Below are positions 19,056 to 28,579 of a DNA stretch of 52,090 nucleotides, piece after piece; positions within the stretch are counted from its first letter, which is position 1, and each line of letters starts with the position of its first letter. Origin of the DNA: Myxococcota bacterium. Its GTDB lineage: Bacteria > Myxococcota > XYA12-FULL-58-9 > JALHOP01. The notes under the pieces were generated by a model. That model saw only the letters and a program-made list of their open reading frames with translations. It was not told the DNA's origin and searched no databases. The translations under genes and the position numbers were made by a program. The DNA is taken from NCBI GenBank assembly GCA_041288095.1, contig JBGGMJ010000075.1, positions 1 to 52,090 of the forward strand, written 5' to 3'.

Positions 19056-19874
19056 CTAGCGGTTCGAGCCGGCGTTGGCGCGCATCCCCAACGGTGTCGG
19101 CCCGTCGAGCGGCGTATGCCCCTCGAGACGTCGCCAGGCGTGTGCCGGTCGCGTCACGTCGACGCCGACCAGCATCTCGCCGACGCGTGACGACGCACCA
19201 TCGTAGAAACCCGCATCGACCTCGGTCACGGCCGCGGGATTCTTGAAGGTGCCGAAGATCATGTCCCAGATGGGCAAATCCGAATAGTTCACCTGCTGCA
19301 CCTGGCGCGCGTGATGCAGTACGTGACTCTCGGGGCGTTGGACGATGAAGCCAAGCCAGTGCGGTGTCTTGATGTTGGCGTGCTGGAACGCCGAGTTGAA
19401 CGACAGGAACAGCGAGGCGACGATGGCCGCTTCGACGGACAGCCCGAGCAAGGGAAAGAACACTAGGCTCGCCCACGTCGTGAACAACGCCGCGTCGAGT
19501 GGGTGCAGATAATAAGCGCCCCAGACGTCGATCGATTCGGCGCTGTGGTGCAGCTGATGGCTCGCCCGCCACAGCCAATCCCAGCGGTGCGCCGCCCGGT
19601 GGTAGGCGTAGTGCACGAGCTCGTAGAGCAAGACGCCAACCACGGCGCCACCGATGGTCCCGAGGCGTGAGCCGTCGAGGAGGCGCACGTCGCGGAGCAG
19701 CGAGCCCCAGCCCAAGGTCACCGCGACAGAGACGACGAACGCCAGGAGCGAGACCGCCGTCGCTCGAACCCGCCACCAACGGGGTCGGTAGTAGCGGCGC
19801 GCCTGCATGACCAGGTCGAGCCCAACAAAGGGGATGAGAAGCCACAACGCCGCGTAGTCGATGAGCCAGTCCAT
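19056..19874 (-). CDS. Sterol desaturase/fatty acid hydroxylase family protein
   Basis: His boxes YHRAAH, HQLHH, FQHAN and HVLHH; GGAG RBS before MDWLI. Confidence 0.9.
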   Translation of the reverse strand: MDWLIDYAALWLLIPFVGLDLVMQARRYYRPRWWRVRATAVSLLAFVVSVAVTLGWGSLLRDVRLLDGSRLGTIGGAVVGVLLYELVHYAYHRAAHRWDWLWRASHQLHHSAESIDVWGAYYLHPLDAALFTTWASLVFFPLLGLSVEAAIVASLFLSFNSAFQHANIKTPHWLGFIVQRPESHVLHHARQVQQVNYSDLPIWDMIFGTFKNPAAVTEVDAGFYDGASSRVGEMLVGVDVTRPAHAWRRLEGHTPLDGPTPLGMRANAGSNR

Positions 19875-19895
19875 TGATAACGCTCCATAGTTAGC

Positions 19896-19919
19896 TACAT
19901 ACCAACTAGTTGGTATGTA
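19896..19919. promoter_or_regulatory. TetR operator 1: perfect 24-bp palindrome TACATACCAACTAGTTGGTATGTA
   Basis: Exact inverted repeat between the divergent desaturase and TetR genes. Confidence 0.8.
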
Positions 19920-19972
19920 ATACTGTGAGTAAAATTGGGCGTCAAGCGAGATCTTGCGCATCGAATGAAAAA

Positions 19973-19992
19973 CATACTAACTAGTCGGTATG
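19973..19992. promoter_or_regulatory. TetR operator 2: CATACTAACTAGTCGGTATG overlapping the TetR start codon
   Basis: 18/20 identical to the core of operator 1. Confidence 0.75.
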
Positions 19993-20613
19993 GTTCGAGA
20001 TCCAGTGGGCACCCGCGAGCGCATCTTGGAAGCCGCCTCAGAAATGGTGGTGCGCAGAGGGTTCGCGGGGATGTCGATCGACGCGTTGGTGGCGCAGGCC
20101 GGTGTGACGAAGGGCGCCTTCTTCCATCACTTCAAGGGCAAGGACGCATTGGCGCGCGCCATCATAGAGCACCACGCGGCCCAGGATTACGTGATCATGG
20201 CCGACCTCGTCAGCCGCTCGGAGAAGATGTCGCGCGACCCGCGCCAGCAGATCCTCATCATCATGGGCCTGCTCGCCGAAGCGTTCGACGCACCGAAAGA
20301 CTATCCCGGCTGTCTCTTCGCTTCGACGGCGTTCGAGAGCGGTGTCTTCGACCCGGCGCTCGTCGAGCTAGCAGGGTCGGTGCTGCTCGCCTGGCGCGAC
20401 CTCTTTCTGAAGAAGCTTCGCGAAGCAGACGCGCAAGCGCCGTTCCCGGCGGATCTCTCCTTGGACACTATCGCGGACATGCCGATGGTCATCTTCGAGG
20501 GCGCGTTCATCATGGCGCGCACCACTCAGCGCTTGCACATCATCGCCGCGCAGATGCGAACCCTGGCGAGGCTCTTCGAGGTGCTCTTCATGCAACCTCA
20601 AGCCGACAAATAG
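19990..20613 (+). CDS. TetR/AcrR family transcriptional regulator
   Basis: TRERILEAA...GFAGMSIDALVAQAGVTKGAFFHHFKGKD; GCLF motif. Confidence 0.93.
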   Translation: MVRDPVGTRERILEAASEMVVRRGFAGMSIDALVAQAGVTKGAFFHHFKGKDALARAIIEHHAAQDYVIMADLVSRSEKMSRDPRQQILIIMGLLAEAFDAPKDYPGCLFASTAFESGVFDPALVELAGSVLLAWRDLFLKKLREADAQAPFPADLSLDTIADMPMVIFEGAFIMARTTQRLHIIAAQMRTLARLFEVLFMQPQADK

Positions 20614-20633
20614 GCCGCTCGGCGCGCCCACCC

Positions 20634-21296
20634 CTATCGCGGGTCCACGGCGAAGACATCGCAATGGCGCACACCCTCGCCGTCGATCTCCGGGCTCTCC
20701 GGCAGAACATATCGCGCCCGCCGCGTGCGCCCCTCTTTGGGCGAAAAGTATCGCCCAGGGTCGCCAACCAGCACGAGCACGCCACGGTCCGCCAGCGAGC
20801 CGAACCATCGGGTGCAACGTTGGGCTAGCTCGCGATCGAAGAAGACATCGCCGACGAGCACGACATCGATATCCTCGCAAGGGTCGTCGACGACGTCGCC
20901 CACCACGAGATCGATAGCAACGTCGTTCAGCGCCGCGTTGAGTCTGGCGGCTTCGATCGCGACCGCATCGATATCCGTGGCTCGAGCGCTCGACGCCCCC
21001 ACCTTCATGGCCGCGATAGCGACAAGGCCGGAACCAGCGGCGAAGTCGAGCACGCGCTTGCCCGTGACCAGCTGAGGATTGTCCAGCACGTAGCGCGCGA
21101 CGCTCTGCCCGCCGGCCCAAGCGAACGCCCAGTACGGTGACGCCAAGCCCTCCCGCTCGAGGTGAGCATCGGTGGCCCGCCATAGCGGCGTCTCCTCGGT
21201 CACGAGGTGCAGACGTAGCTCGGGGATGAAGGGGAGGACAGCGGGTACCGTATTGCGCCGGACGAGCTCGCGCATTTTTTCGGGGTCGAGCTTCAT
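20634..21296 (-). CDS. Protein lysine methyltransferase-like (PrmA/Methyltransf_16 family)
   Basis: PYWAFAWAGG, VLDFAAGSG, GDVFF and GDPGR. Confidence 0.85.
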   Translation of the reverse strand: MKLDPEKMRELVRRNTVPAVLPFIPELRLHLVTEETPLWRATDAHLEREGLASPYWAFAWAGGQSVARYVLDNPQLVTGKRVLDFAAGSGLVAIAAMKVGASSARATDIDAVAIEAARLNAALNDVAIDLVVGDVVDDPCEDIDVVLVGDVFFDRELAQRCTRWFGSLADRGVLVLVGDPGRYFSPKEGRTRRARYVLPESPEIDGEGVRHCDVFAVDPR

Positions 21297-21403
21297 GAAA
21301 ACGCCCTGTCTTAGGGATGCCGGACAACTAACCCGAGCCCTGCCCGCGAGACCAGCGGCGGCGCCCGGAATAGCAGAGGTGCCGCGACTGTTCGCTTCAG
21401 CGC

Positions 21404-22087
21404 ATGACCGTCCTCGTGCCCTTGCTCTTCGTCGTGGCGCCGGAGCCCTCGATCGTGAACGGCATCGCGCTGCAGCGATTGAACGACGATGTTCTCGTCG
21501 AAGCGCCCCTGAGGCCCGAGGACTCCCTGGCGGTGACGAGAGACGTCGAGGCGGCCTATGCACGATTGCACGACGCTTTCGGCGCTGACCCAACGTTTCG
21601 CGCGACGGTGTTCGTCTGCCGGTCCGCGCGGTGCAAAATTGCCTTTGGCGCGGATCCGCGAGCAGCGCATGCCGCCGACCTGGGGTTTGCCGCCGTGACC
21701 TTCGCTGGGCCGACTCCGGATCGCGCGGTCGTCGTGACTGGACCGAATGCATCGACCGCCGGCGTACTCGCGCACGAGCTGGTCCATGCGCGCATGAAGT
21801 CTTGGGCCCCATACGACGCTTCGCCGACCTGGCTCAACGAGGGGCTCGCGACCGCCATCGCGGACGAGCCGAAGTGCGCTCGGTTCGGTCCTTCTTCGGA
21901 GCTCGACGTTACGGCGCTAGTCACCAAAGCCGACTGGCAGGCGTTCCTCGAGGCCACCGGTGATACGCTGCGCACCTATTGTCAGGCGCGCTACGCAACC
22001 GAGGCGTGGTCCGCCTTCGCCGGCATGCGAGAGCTCGGAGCAAAGGCGCGGCGAGCCGTTTCAGCCGCTCGACCGGGCCGAAGATGA
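21404..22087 (+). CDS. Gluzincin-type (peptidase MA-like) Zn metallopeptidase domain protein
   Basis: LAHELVH plus downstream PTWLNEGLA. Confidence 0.75.
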   Translation: MTVLVPLLFVVAPEPSIVNGIALQRLNDDVLVEAPLRPEDSLAVTRDVEAAYARLHDAFGADPTFRATVFVCRSARCKIAFGADPRAAHAADLGFAAVTFAGPTPDRAVVVTGPNASTAGVLAHELVHARMKSWAPYDASPTWLNEGLATAIADEPKCARFGPSSELDVTALVTKADWQAFLEATGDTLRTYCQARYATEAWSAFAGMRELGAKARRAVSAARPGRR

Positions 22088-22115
22088 TGCTCGGGGCGCC
22101 TGCGTGTAACGCGAG

Positions 22116-22484
22116 CTACGACCCGATGTCGGCGCGGTCGGGGCTCACGGTGACGCGAACCGTGCGAACATCGATGTCGATGTCAGCGTCACGAAAGCGC
22201 ATCGACCAGCTCGATGACACGTTGGCCGATCCGAAGATCAAGAACGCGTTCGACGTGCCGCGGAAGACGCGTCTATCGCGCGATTTGGTCTTGAGTTGCC
22301 GGACCAGCTCGCGACGGAATTCGGCTACGTCGTCTTTCGCGGTCTTGCCGCGAAACTTCGCCATGACGCCGTCGGCGGGACTGTGCACTTGCAACGTCTG
22401 CAAGGAATCGACTGCATCGTAAAGCAGCGCATCCCAAAGGGTCGCTGGAACCTCGGCTCCACTCTCAGAATCTGCTGCACGCAT
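22116..22484 (-). CDS. Hypothetical protein
   Basis: 122-aa ORF with strong GAGGAG RBS. Confidence 0.5.
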   Translation of the reverse strand: MRAADSESGAEVPATLWDALLYDAVDSLQTLQVHSPADGVMAKFRGKTAKDDVAEFRRELVRQLKTKSRDRRVFRGTSNAFLIFGSANVSSSWSMRFRDADIDIDVRTVRVTVSPDRADIGS

Positions 22485-22864
22485 TGTTCACTCCTCGCCG
22501 GACGTTTCCGACGCGTCGGGCGTCATACGCCGTCAAAATGGACCGCCCGCCCCTCACGCGTTACGCCGGCCCACACGCCAGCACTCGAAAAAACGCCTAC
22601 GGGGGAATCTGCGAGGAGACACGAACAGAAGCTCGGATCGACCACCGGACTAAGCCCAGAGACCGCGCATCATAGTCCCCGCGCACGAAACTAGCAAGGG
22701 CTATCGCGCGTTTGACGCGCGCAACCGCTCCCCTCGTCCGCCAACGCGGACGAAGTCGTCATTGGGGGTCGCCAATGCCTGGGACACGAACGTGAGTGCC
22801 GTTTTAGCGGATTTGACGGATCTCGCTCCCGCGTCGCTCGCGGTGTGGTGACACCGAGTCGGTG

Positions 22865-24397
22865 CTACGAGCTGACGACCGGCTTCCACCTTGGGAGGTC
22901 GAGCTCCTCGAGCGCCTCTGCGAAAGCGGCCGCGCTCTCCGGACGAGCTTCGGGATCTTTGGCGAGGCACGCGAGCAGCAGCGCCTCGAGGCCGGGGTGA
23001 ATTGGCGTGCCCAGGCGCTGCGACGGCGGAGTCACGGGGCTGTGCAAGTGGTGACCGCAAATCTCGACGACGGTGTCGCCATCGAAAACCGTGTTCCCGG
23101 TCAGCATGAAGTAACCGACCGCTCCGAGCGCATAGAGATCCGACACCGCGCTCGTCTGATTGGCTTTGATCACTTCCGGCGCGAGGTACATGGGCGTTCC
23201 GACGATGGCCCCGACCGTGGTCAGCTCGGGGCTGGAACCACCCTCGAGCTCGCGGACCAGTCCGAAGTCCAGGACGGTCGCCACGTCCGACGCGCCGCCG
23301 CGCTCTCCGAGCATGATGTTCGCGGGCTTGATGTCGCGATGGATGAGGCCACGCGCATGGGCTTCCGCGAGAGCGCCGGCGACCATGCGCAGGATGTGCG
23401 CGACACGCGCTTCGGGTTGGGCGCCCTGCGTCTCGACGATGTGCTGGAGAGTGGCACCGCCGAGGAGCTCCATGGCGTAGTAGAAAACGCCGTCCGGCGT
23501 ACGTCCGTAATCGTAGATGGTGATGGTGTTCGGGTGCGTGAGCTGCGCCGTGAGCTGCACCTCGCGCTCGAAGCGCTTGAGTGCCTCAGGCTTCACCCGG
23601 TCGTCTTGCAGGAGCTTCACCGCCGTGGGCCGCCGCAACATCGCGTGACTCGCGTGGTAAACGACGCCCATCCCGCCTTCACCAATTTTTTCCCCGAGTG
23701 TGTACTGACCGAGCTTGCGCGCTTTGGCGATTTCGCGCCGCAAGCCGTGAATGACCGAAGACAGGACCGCGCAAACGCAAACGGCGAGCGCCCATAGCGA
23801 GCCGGTCGAAATGAGGAGCTCGGCGTCCGCCCGCTCGCGAGCCTCCGCCCACCATGGAAGCCGCGCCGCAAAAGTCGCGAGCATTGCGATACCGAGCGCG
23901 ACGCCGAGGACCATCGTGCGCACCGGGCGACTTGGCACCAGCGCCGAACGCACCGCGTAGGTAATGCTCGAGGCGAACACCAAGATCACCCCAAAATAAG
24001 AATAAACGAACATGACCGCTTTCGCGGACGCCTCGCCGTCCGCGGCCAGTTGTTCGACGTTGAGGTCGGCGAGCACCCGCGCCATCGTCGAGGCCATGGC
24101 GACGTGGGTGATGAGCGCGGCACCTTCCACGGCCCGGCAGAACCGCACGCTGCGAGGTCTCCGACAAGAGGCCCAGAGCGCGATGGGCGGAAGCACGGAC
24201 GCGGCGTGTACGAGGAAGCCCGGGCCCAGAAGCTCGGCGGGCCTGCCCAACACCAGTGTGGTGAAGGTGTGGATGGACACTCCGAGGCCGACGACCGCGA
24301 GCCACACCTGGGCAAAGCGATGGAGACGGCCGGTGAGGTCTTCGTCCGAGCTCGCGGAGGAATCAGTCACGCGGGAGACACTAGCGTCTTCCGTCAC
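22865..24397 (-). CDS. Ser/Thr protein kinase with N-terminal multi-TM sensor region
   Basis: About 6 TM helices, then IGEGGMGVVY, AVK, HRDIKPAN, DFG and GTPMYLAPE. Confidence 0.93.
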   Translation of the reverse strand: MTEDASVSRVTDSSASSDEDLTGRLHRFAQVWLAVVGLGVSIHTFTTLVLGRPAELLGPGFLVHAASVLPPIALWASCRRPRSVRFCRAVEGAALITHVAMASTMARVLADLNVEQLAADGEASAKAVMFVYSYFGVILVFASSITYAVRSALVPSRPVRTMVLGVALGIAMLATFAARLPWWAEARERADAELLISTGSLWALAVCVCAVLSSVIHGLRREIAKARKLGQYTLGEKIGEGGMGVVYHASHAMLRRPTAVKLLQDDRVKPEALKRFEREVQLTAQLTHPNTITIYDYGRTPDGVFYYAMELLGGATLQHIVETQGAQPEARVAHILRMVAGALAEAHARGLIHRDIKPANIMLGERGGASDVATVLDFGLVRELEGGSSPELTTVGAIVGTPMYLAPEVIKANQTSAVSDLYALGAVGYFMLTGNTVFDGDTVVEICGHHLHSPVTPPSQRLGTPIHPGLEALLLACLAKDPEARPESAAAFAEALEELDLPRWKPVVSS

Positions 24398-24427
24398 CCT
24401 CTACCAATCCGCTAACGTCACCAGGCT

Positions 24428-25711
24428 TTGTGGACTCTTGCGCCCGGCCTCGTCGCCTCGACCCAAAAGGGCTGGGGTGAGCTCCGCTCCCTCGCGACCG
24501 GTGAGCGCTGGGATCTGCGCCCCGAAGACTTGGCGATCGTGCGTGCGCTCGCCGCCGGCATCCCCGAGGCGAGCCAGGTCGAGCACCGCGAGCTGGCTGC
24601 CGCGACGAAGCGGGGTTGGGCCGTCCAAACATCGAGCACCAGCGACGAGCACGTTCGCCGCCGCCTCGAAGGACTCGAGCGTCACTTCGCCTGGTGTCGC
24701 ACCGCGTTGACGCCAAGGGCGCACGAGGCCGTGCTCGCTGGTCATGCGGCTCGGCGGCACACGCATCGCGGCTTCGCCCAGTATTCGGCATTGCCCGAGA
24801 CCATCGCGCGCCGCGCGGCGTTGTTGGGACCAGAGCCCAAGCGCGTGCTCGTGCTCGGCGACGACGACCTCTTGAGCATCGGCCTGGTCGCGCTCGGCCA
24901 CCGTGTCACCGTGCTCGAGCTCGACAACGCTATCGTGGACTTCATTCGCCGCGGAGCTCCAGTGGGCGCGGCGCTCGAGGTCACGCCGCACGACCTTCGC
25001 GAGCCGCTGCCGGCCGAGCTCGTTGGGGCCTTCGACGCGTTCTTCGCCGATCCTGTCAGCGGACCAGGCGCATTGCGGCTCTTTCTCGCGCGCGGCGTGG
25101 CGGCGCTGAAGCCCGATGGCCAAGGCTTCGTCTGCGTCACGGAAGCAAGCTCTTCGATATTCGCGACGCTGACACGTGAGCTCGTGTTGGACCTGCGCGA
25201 GCAGTACACCGACTTCAACCACTACTACGCTCCAGACTATAGCCTCGCCTTTCACACCAGCGATCTCGTCGTCGTGCGCCCGCGACCCGACACCGCGCCG
25301 CGGCCCCGGCCGGACGAGCCCTACCTGCCGCGCGGCCTCACCGTCGAAGATCACTTCTTGAGCACGCCGACGTCGCGCTACGCCTTCAAAAACATCAACC
25401 CCGAAACCTCCCAGATCATCCACCTCGACACGATGATCCGTGTGCTCGAGCGGACGGGCCGGCTGAAGGTGGTCGAGCGCAGCTATTTCGAGGACGGCGG
25501 TGTGCGCTCGTATCTCATGCACACCCAGCAAGGTGGCGCGGTGTTGGTGCGACTCGTGCCCGACGAAAAAGTCGGTGAGCTCTTCGTAACGCCGGCTGAC
25601 GCCGCGCTCGAGGATGCGCTCCTCGTCGTGCTGGCCGGCGTCATCGGCGTCGAAGGCACCGTCGTCGAGAAGCGACGCTTGCGTGGCGCGAACATCTACA
25701 CCGTGGTCTGA
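24428..25711 (+). CDS. BpsA-like (branched-chain polyamine synthase/DUF43) protein fused to a degenerate AdoMetDC-like domain
   Basis: VLVLGDDDLLSI, HDLREPLP, FDAFFADP and LFLARG are BpsA family features; the C-terminal ~110 aa follow the SpeH/SpeD layout. Confidence 0.7.
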   Translation: MWTLAPGLVASTQKGWGELRSLATGERWDLRPEDLAIVRALAAGIPEASQVEHRELAAATKRGWAVQTSSTSDEHVRRRLEGLERHFAWCRTALTPRAHEAVLAGHAARRHTHRGFAQYSALPETIARRAALLGPEPKRVLVLGDDDLLSIGLVALGHRVTVLELDNAIVDFIRRGAPVGAALEVTPHDLREPLPAELVGAFDAFFADPVSGPGALRLFLARGVAALKPDGQGFVCVTEASSSIFATLTRELVLDLREQYTDFNHYYAPDYSLAFHTSDLVVVRPRPDTAPRPRPDEPYLPRGLTVEDHFLSTPTSRYAFKNINPETSQIIHLDTMIRVLERTGRLKVVERSYFEDGGVRSYLMHTQQGGAVLVRLVPDEKVGELFVTPADAALEDALLVVLAGVIGVEGTVVEKRRLRGANIYTVV

Positions 25712-26673
25712 CCACGCCCGCGCCGGCCCCGCGTCAAAGCATACGATCGCGCCGCCACCGACGCGTAGAATTGTGCCGCCGTCGCCGTGTAGTGGGATCG
25801 CCTCGGCGTCGTGTCCGTCGTCCAGGACGTCACTTTTTCCGCGCCGAAGATATTCGCCATGTTCTCGAAGTCCTCGCGCACGTTCACGAGCATGCGGGTC
25901 GCGCCACGGCGGAACGATAGGTCCGCGATCGTGGCAAGGAGCTCCGCCCAGGTGCGCAGCGGCAGGGCGCCGTCCTCGAGCACCATGTCGATCTCGCGCA
26001 CCGTGTCGCCATCGTAGTTTCTCGGGTGCTCGATGACGACGCCGACCGCGGCACCGCCACGTCGCACCGTGTAGACGTTCCTCGGCGAGTGCGCGTGATA
26101 CCGCGGATCGTCCGGCATGAACGTGGCGACGAGCTCGTCGACGGTGGGACCGCGCGCATAGCCGAGCGCTTGATGGTTCTGCGGCACCTCGAGCAGCGCG
26201 GCGATGCGCGCGAATTCGCTATAACGCGCCGTACCGAAGCTGGTACCGGCTCCCAGACGGACTGTGCGCGGCCATGGCTCCGCCGCGGCGGACGGCAGCG
26301 AAGGGTCGTCGAGCACGACCGTCAGCACACCGTTCGCAAGCGAGATCGGACGCGCACCGTAGCGAGCCCACACCGCCTCGCGCCGAGGATCGATGGGCAG
26401 CGCCACGCGCCAACGCAGCTGCCGCGCACCCGTCGCGAACAAGTGGGCGCAAAAGCGGCGCGACGAGGACAACCACCGGCTGACCGGCGCGACGATCCAC
26501 ACGTCGCGCACCCAGTCGTCAGCGAGCGCTAGCCCGCGATGAAAACAGACGGCTTCGCCATCGGTGCACATCGCGAGATCCGGGAGCGACCACGCGAAAC
26601 CTGGGAGCAGAGTGGGATCCTGGCGGAGCTGCGCGATGATCGCCGCAGCGTCCGCCTGGGATGCCGGCCTCAC
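25696..26673 (-). CDS. Putative tandem GNAT-fold (RimJ/SpeG-like) protein
   Basis: MRPASQADAAAI first strand; second unit VYTVRRGGAAVGVV...REIDMVL...SFRRGATRMLVNV; GTGA overlap with the upstream gene. Confidence 0.5.
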   Translation of the reverse strand: MRPASQADAAAIIAQLRQDPTLLPGFAWSLPDLAMCTDGEAVCFHRGLALADDWVRDVWIVAPVSRWLSSSRRFCAHLFATGARQLRWRVALPIDPRREAVWARYGARPISLANGVLTVVLDDPSLPSAAAEPWPRTVRLGAGTSFGTARYSEFARIAALLEVPQNHQALGYARGPTVDELVATFMPDDPRYHAHSPRNVYTVRRGGAAVGVVIEHPRNYDGDTVREIDMVLEDGALPLRTWAELLATIADLSFRRGATRMLVNVREDFENMANIFGAEKVTSWTTDTTPRRSHYTATAAQFYASVAARSYALTRGRRGRGQTTV

Positions 26674-27806
26674 GTATTCGCGCCGTTGCCTTGCTGATTG
26701 TTCGCGCCGCCGTTGCCCTGGCCGTTCTGACCATTCTGGCCGTTCACCGGCGCGGCGCCGTCTTGGACCTGGTCGGGGTTGAAGAGCGCGGCCATGGCAT
26801 TCGCCTGCTCGACCATGGCGATGATCGCCTCGGTGACCAGGTCTTGATTGCCCTGACCCTGCTGATTGCCGCCGGCCTGAGCCTGTTGAATCTGCTGTTG
26901 CAGATCTTCGATGAGGCCCTTGGTGTTGTTGATCTGCGCATCGAGCTGCGCGCGCTCGGTGTTTCTGCGGGCGACGTCGTCGGCCACCGCCGCCGTGTTG
27001 TTCGGCTGCGAGCCACCGTCGTCCTTCTTGCCACCGTCCGATTGCGCCGGCGGTTGCACCGCCTGCTGCTGCTCGGCCGCACCCAGCTTGTTGCGGTCTT
27101 CCGTCAGCCTGTCGAGACGGGCCTGCGCCGCTTGCAGCGCCGCGGTCAGACGCTTCATCGCGTCGTCGCGCTCGGTCTCGTCGCTCTTCATCATGATGCG
27201 CGCGAGCATGTAGGCGAGATCGGCGGTGTCGGTCTTACGCAAGCCGGCGGCTTGCATGAACCTGTTCATCGCGCCGCCGAGTGCCTTGTTCGCCGCAGCG
27301 CTCTTGCCGCCGGTGGCCACGACCGCGTTTGCCGCCTCGACGACTTCGCCCCAGCTCGCCGGGTTCTTGTTGACGGCTTGCTCGACGCGCACCAAACCTT
27401 CGGCGGTCGGATGGAAGTTGGCGACCTTGAGCGCCTCGATGAGGCTCGGGTTCTCGTCGATGTCGCGCTGGTAGTCTTCACGCGTGCGACCGAACGCAGC
27501 TTCGTTAACCAGCCGCTGCTCGTTCTGGGTAGGACCTTCACGCAACCGGACAGGAGCCGCGCCATTGGCGGCGCCGGCCGGAGCATTGGGGTCTCGCGGC
27601 GCCTGCGCGGCATTGGGGTCTCGGACTCCACGTGCGGCGTTGGGGTCACGAAGTCCCACCGCGGCGTTGGGGTCACGGACGTTCGCAGTACGAAGGCCCC
27701 CCGCAGCGTTTGCTTCGTTAGTCGCCCTGAGCCCTCGATTGGCTAGGTCGACGATGAACTGCGGTGGTCGGGTTGTCTGGATTCCAATGCGGTTGTTCTC
27801 AGCCAT
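26670..27806 (-). CDS. Q/N/G/A-rich coiled-coil protein with RDPNA repeats (harpin/translocator-like composition)
   Basis: No Cys, no signal peptide, heptad-like segments; GGAGG RBS. Confidence 0.7.
   Translation of the reverse strand: MAENNRIGIQTTRPPQFIVDLANRGLRATNEANAAGGLRTANVRDPNAAVGLRDPNAARGVRDPNAAQAPRDPNAPAGAANGAAPVRLREGPTQNEQRLVNEAAFGRTREDYQRDIDENPSLIEALKVANFHPTAEGLVRVEQAVNKNPASWGEVVEAANAVVATGGKSAAANKALGGAMNRFMQAAGLRKTDTADLAYMLARIMMKSDETERDDAMKRLTAALQAAQARLDRLTEDRNKLGAAEQQQAVQPPAQSDGGKKDDGGSQPNNTAAVADDVARRNTERAQLDAQINNTKGLIEDLQQQIQQAQAGGNQQGQGNQDLVTEAIIAMVEQANAMAALFNPDQVQDGAAPVNGQNGQNGQGNGGANNQQGNGANT
27583..27680 (-). repeat. Four 27-bp intragenic tandem repeats encoding RDPNA-containing 9-aa units
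   Basis: gc(a/g)ttggggtc(t/a)cg recurs at 27583, 27610, 27637 and 27664. Confidence 0.9.
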
Positions 27807-27911
27807 GCGGCGCCTCCAGCTGTCGGGCTATGAGCACATACACTGGTCGGTTAGTTTGGGGCCATGTTAGGTCAGACCAAACACAATGTGGGTGTGCGCA
27901 CTACAGTTGCC

Positions 27912-28574
27912 ATGACTCGCTTCCGACTCCTCAAACCCCTCGCCGTGCTGCCGGCCGCGGCGGTGTTCGCCTGGATCGTGGGCGTCATCCCGGCGGGCGG
28001 CACGCCGCCTCCCGCGCCGGTAACGCAGACAGCGATCGCGGCGATCGATGCGTGGGAAGTGCCGAGCGCCAACCACGGCGATCCCGACACCACGATGGCG
28101 GCCTGGACCGAGCTACCCAAGCGCGTGGCCCCTATGTCCAAGGCGGACTACCAGCGTGACCTCGAGAATCGCACGACCATGCCAGCGACCAAATCGGGTA
28201 TCGCCTTCGTCCCGAGCTCGTACGAGGACCACGTCGAGGCGACCGCCAGAAAGAACAGGCTGCGCTTCACGCGCCTCTGGTACTCCAGGACGCTAGACGC
28301 ACAGGTGCCCCCCGCCCTCCTCTCCTTTATGTCCGCTCCAGCGGTCGCCTGCGCCGAGCACACGTGGGCCTTCGCGCGCGAATACAGCGTGACCTTCGAG
28401 CTGTCTCCGAAGGGCACGGCCACGAACGTCGCCAGCGACGGACCGCCCGCGTTGGCCGAGTGCTTCACGAAGCGGCTCGCGGAGTGGAAGTTGCCCAACA
28501 ACCGGAAGAGCAAACAACAAGCAGGCGCCACCACCGGCAAGATCGTCCTTTCGTTCGTCGCCGTGAAGGTCTGA
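27912..28574 (+). CDS. Exported hypothetical protein with possible TonB-C/AgmX-like C-terminal domain
   Basis: N-terminal hydrophobic segment; VTFELSPKGTATNV...LAECFTKRLAEWKLP pattern. Confidence 0.5.
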   Translation: MTRFRLLKPLAVLPAAAVFAWIVGVIPAGGTPPPAPVTQTAIAAIDAWEVPSANHGDPDTTMAAWTELPKRVAPMSKADYQRDLENRTTMPATKSGIAFVPSSYEDHVEATARKNRLRFTRLWYSRTLDAQVPPALLSFMSAPAVACAEHTWAFAREYSVTFELSPKGTATNVASDGPPALAECFTKRLAEWKLPNNRKSKQQAGATTGKIVLSFVAVKV

Positions 28575-28579
28575 TCGGC

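Noticed and set aside
22700-22730. GCGCGATAG as another sigma28-like site for the 22484 gene
   Set aside because: No matching -35 element at 16-17 nt, and over 200 nt from the start.
27583-27680. 27-bp repeats as a CRISPR array
   Set aside because: In-frame coding repeats with a 27-nt period, too short for repeat plus spacer, and no cas genes.
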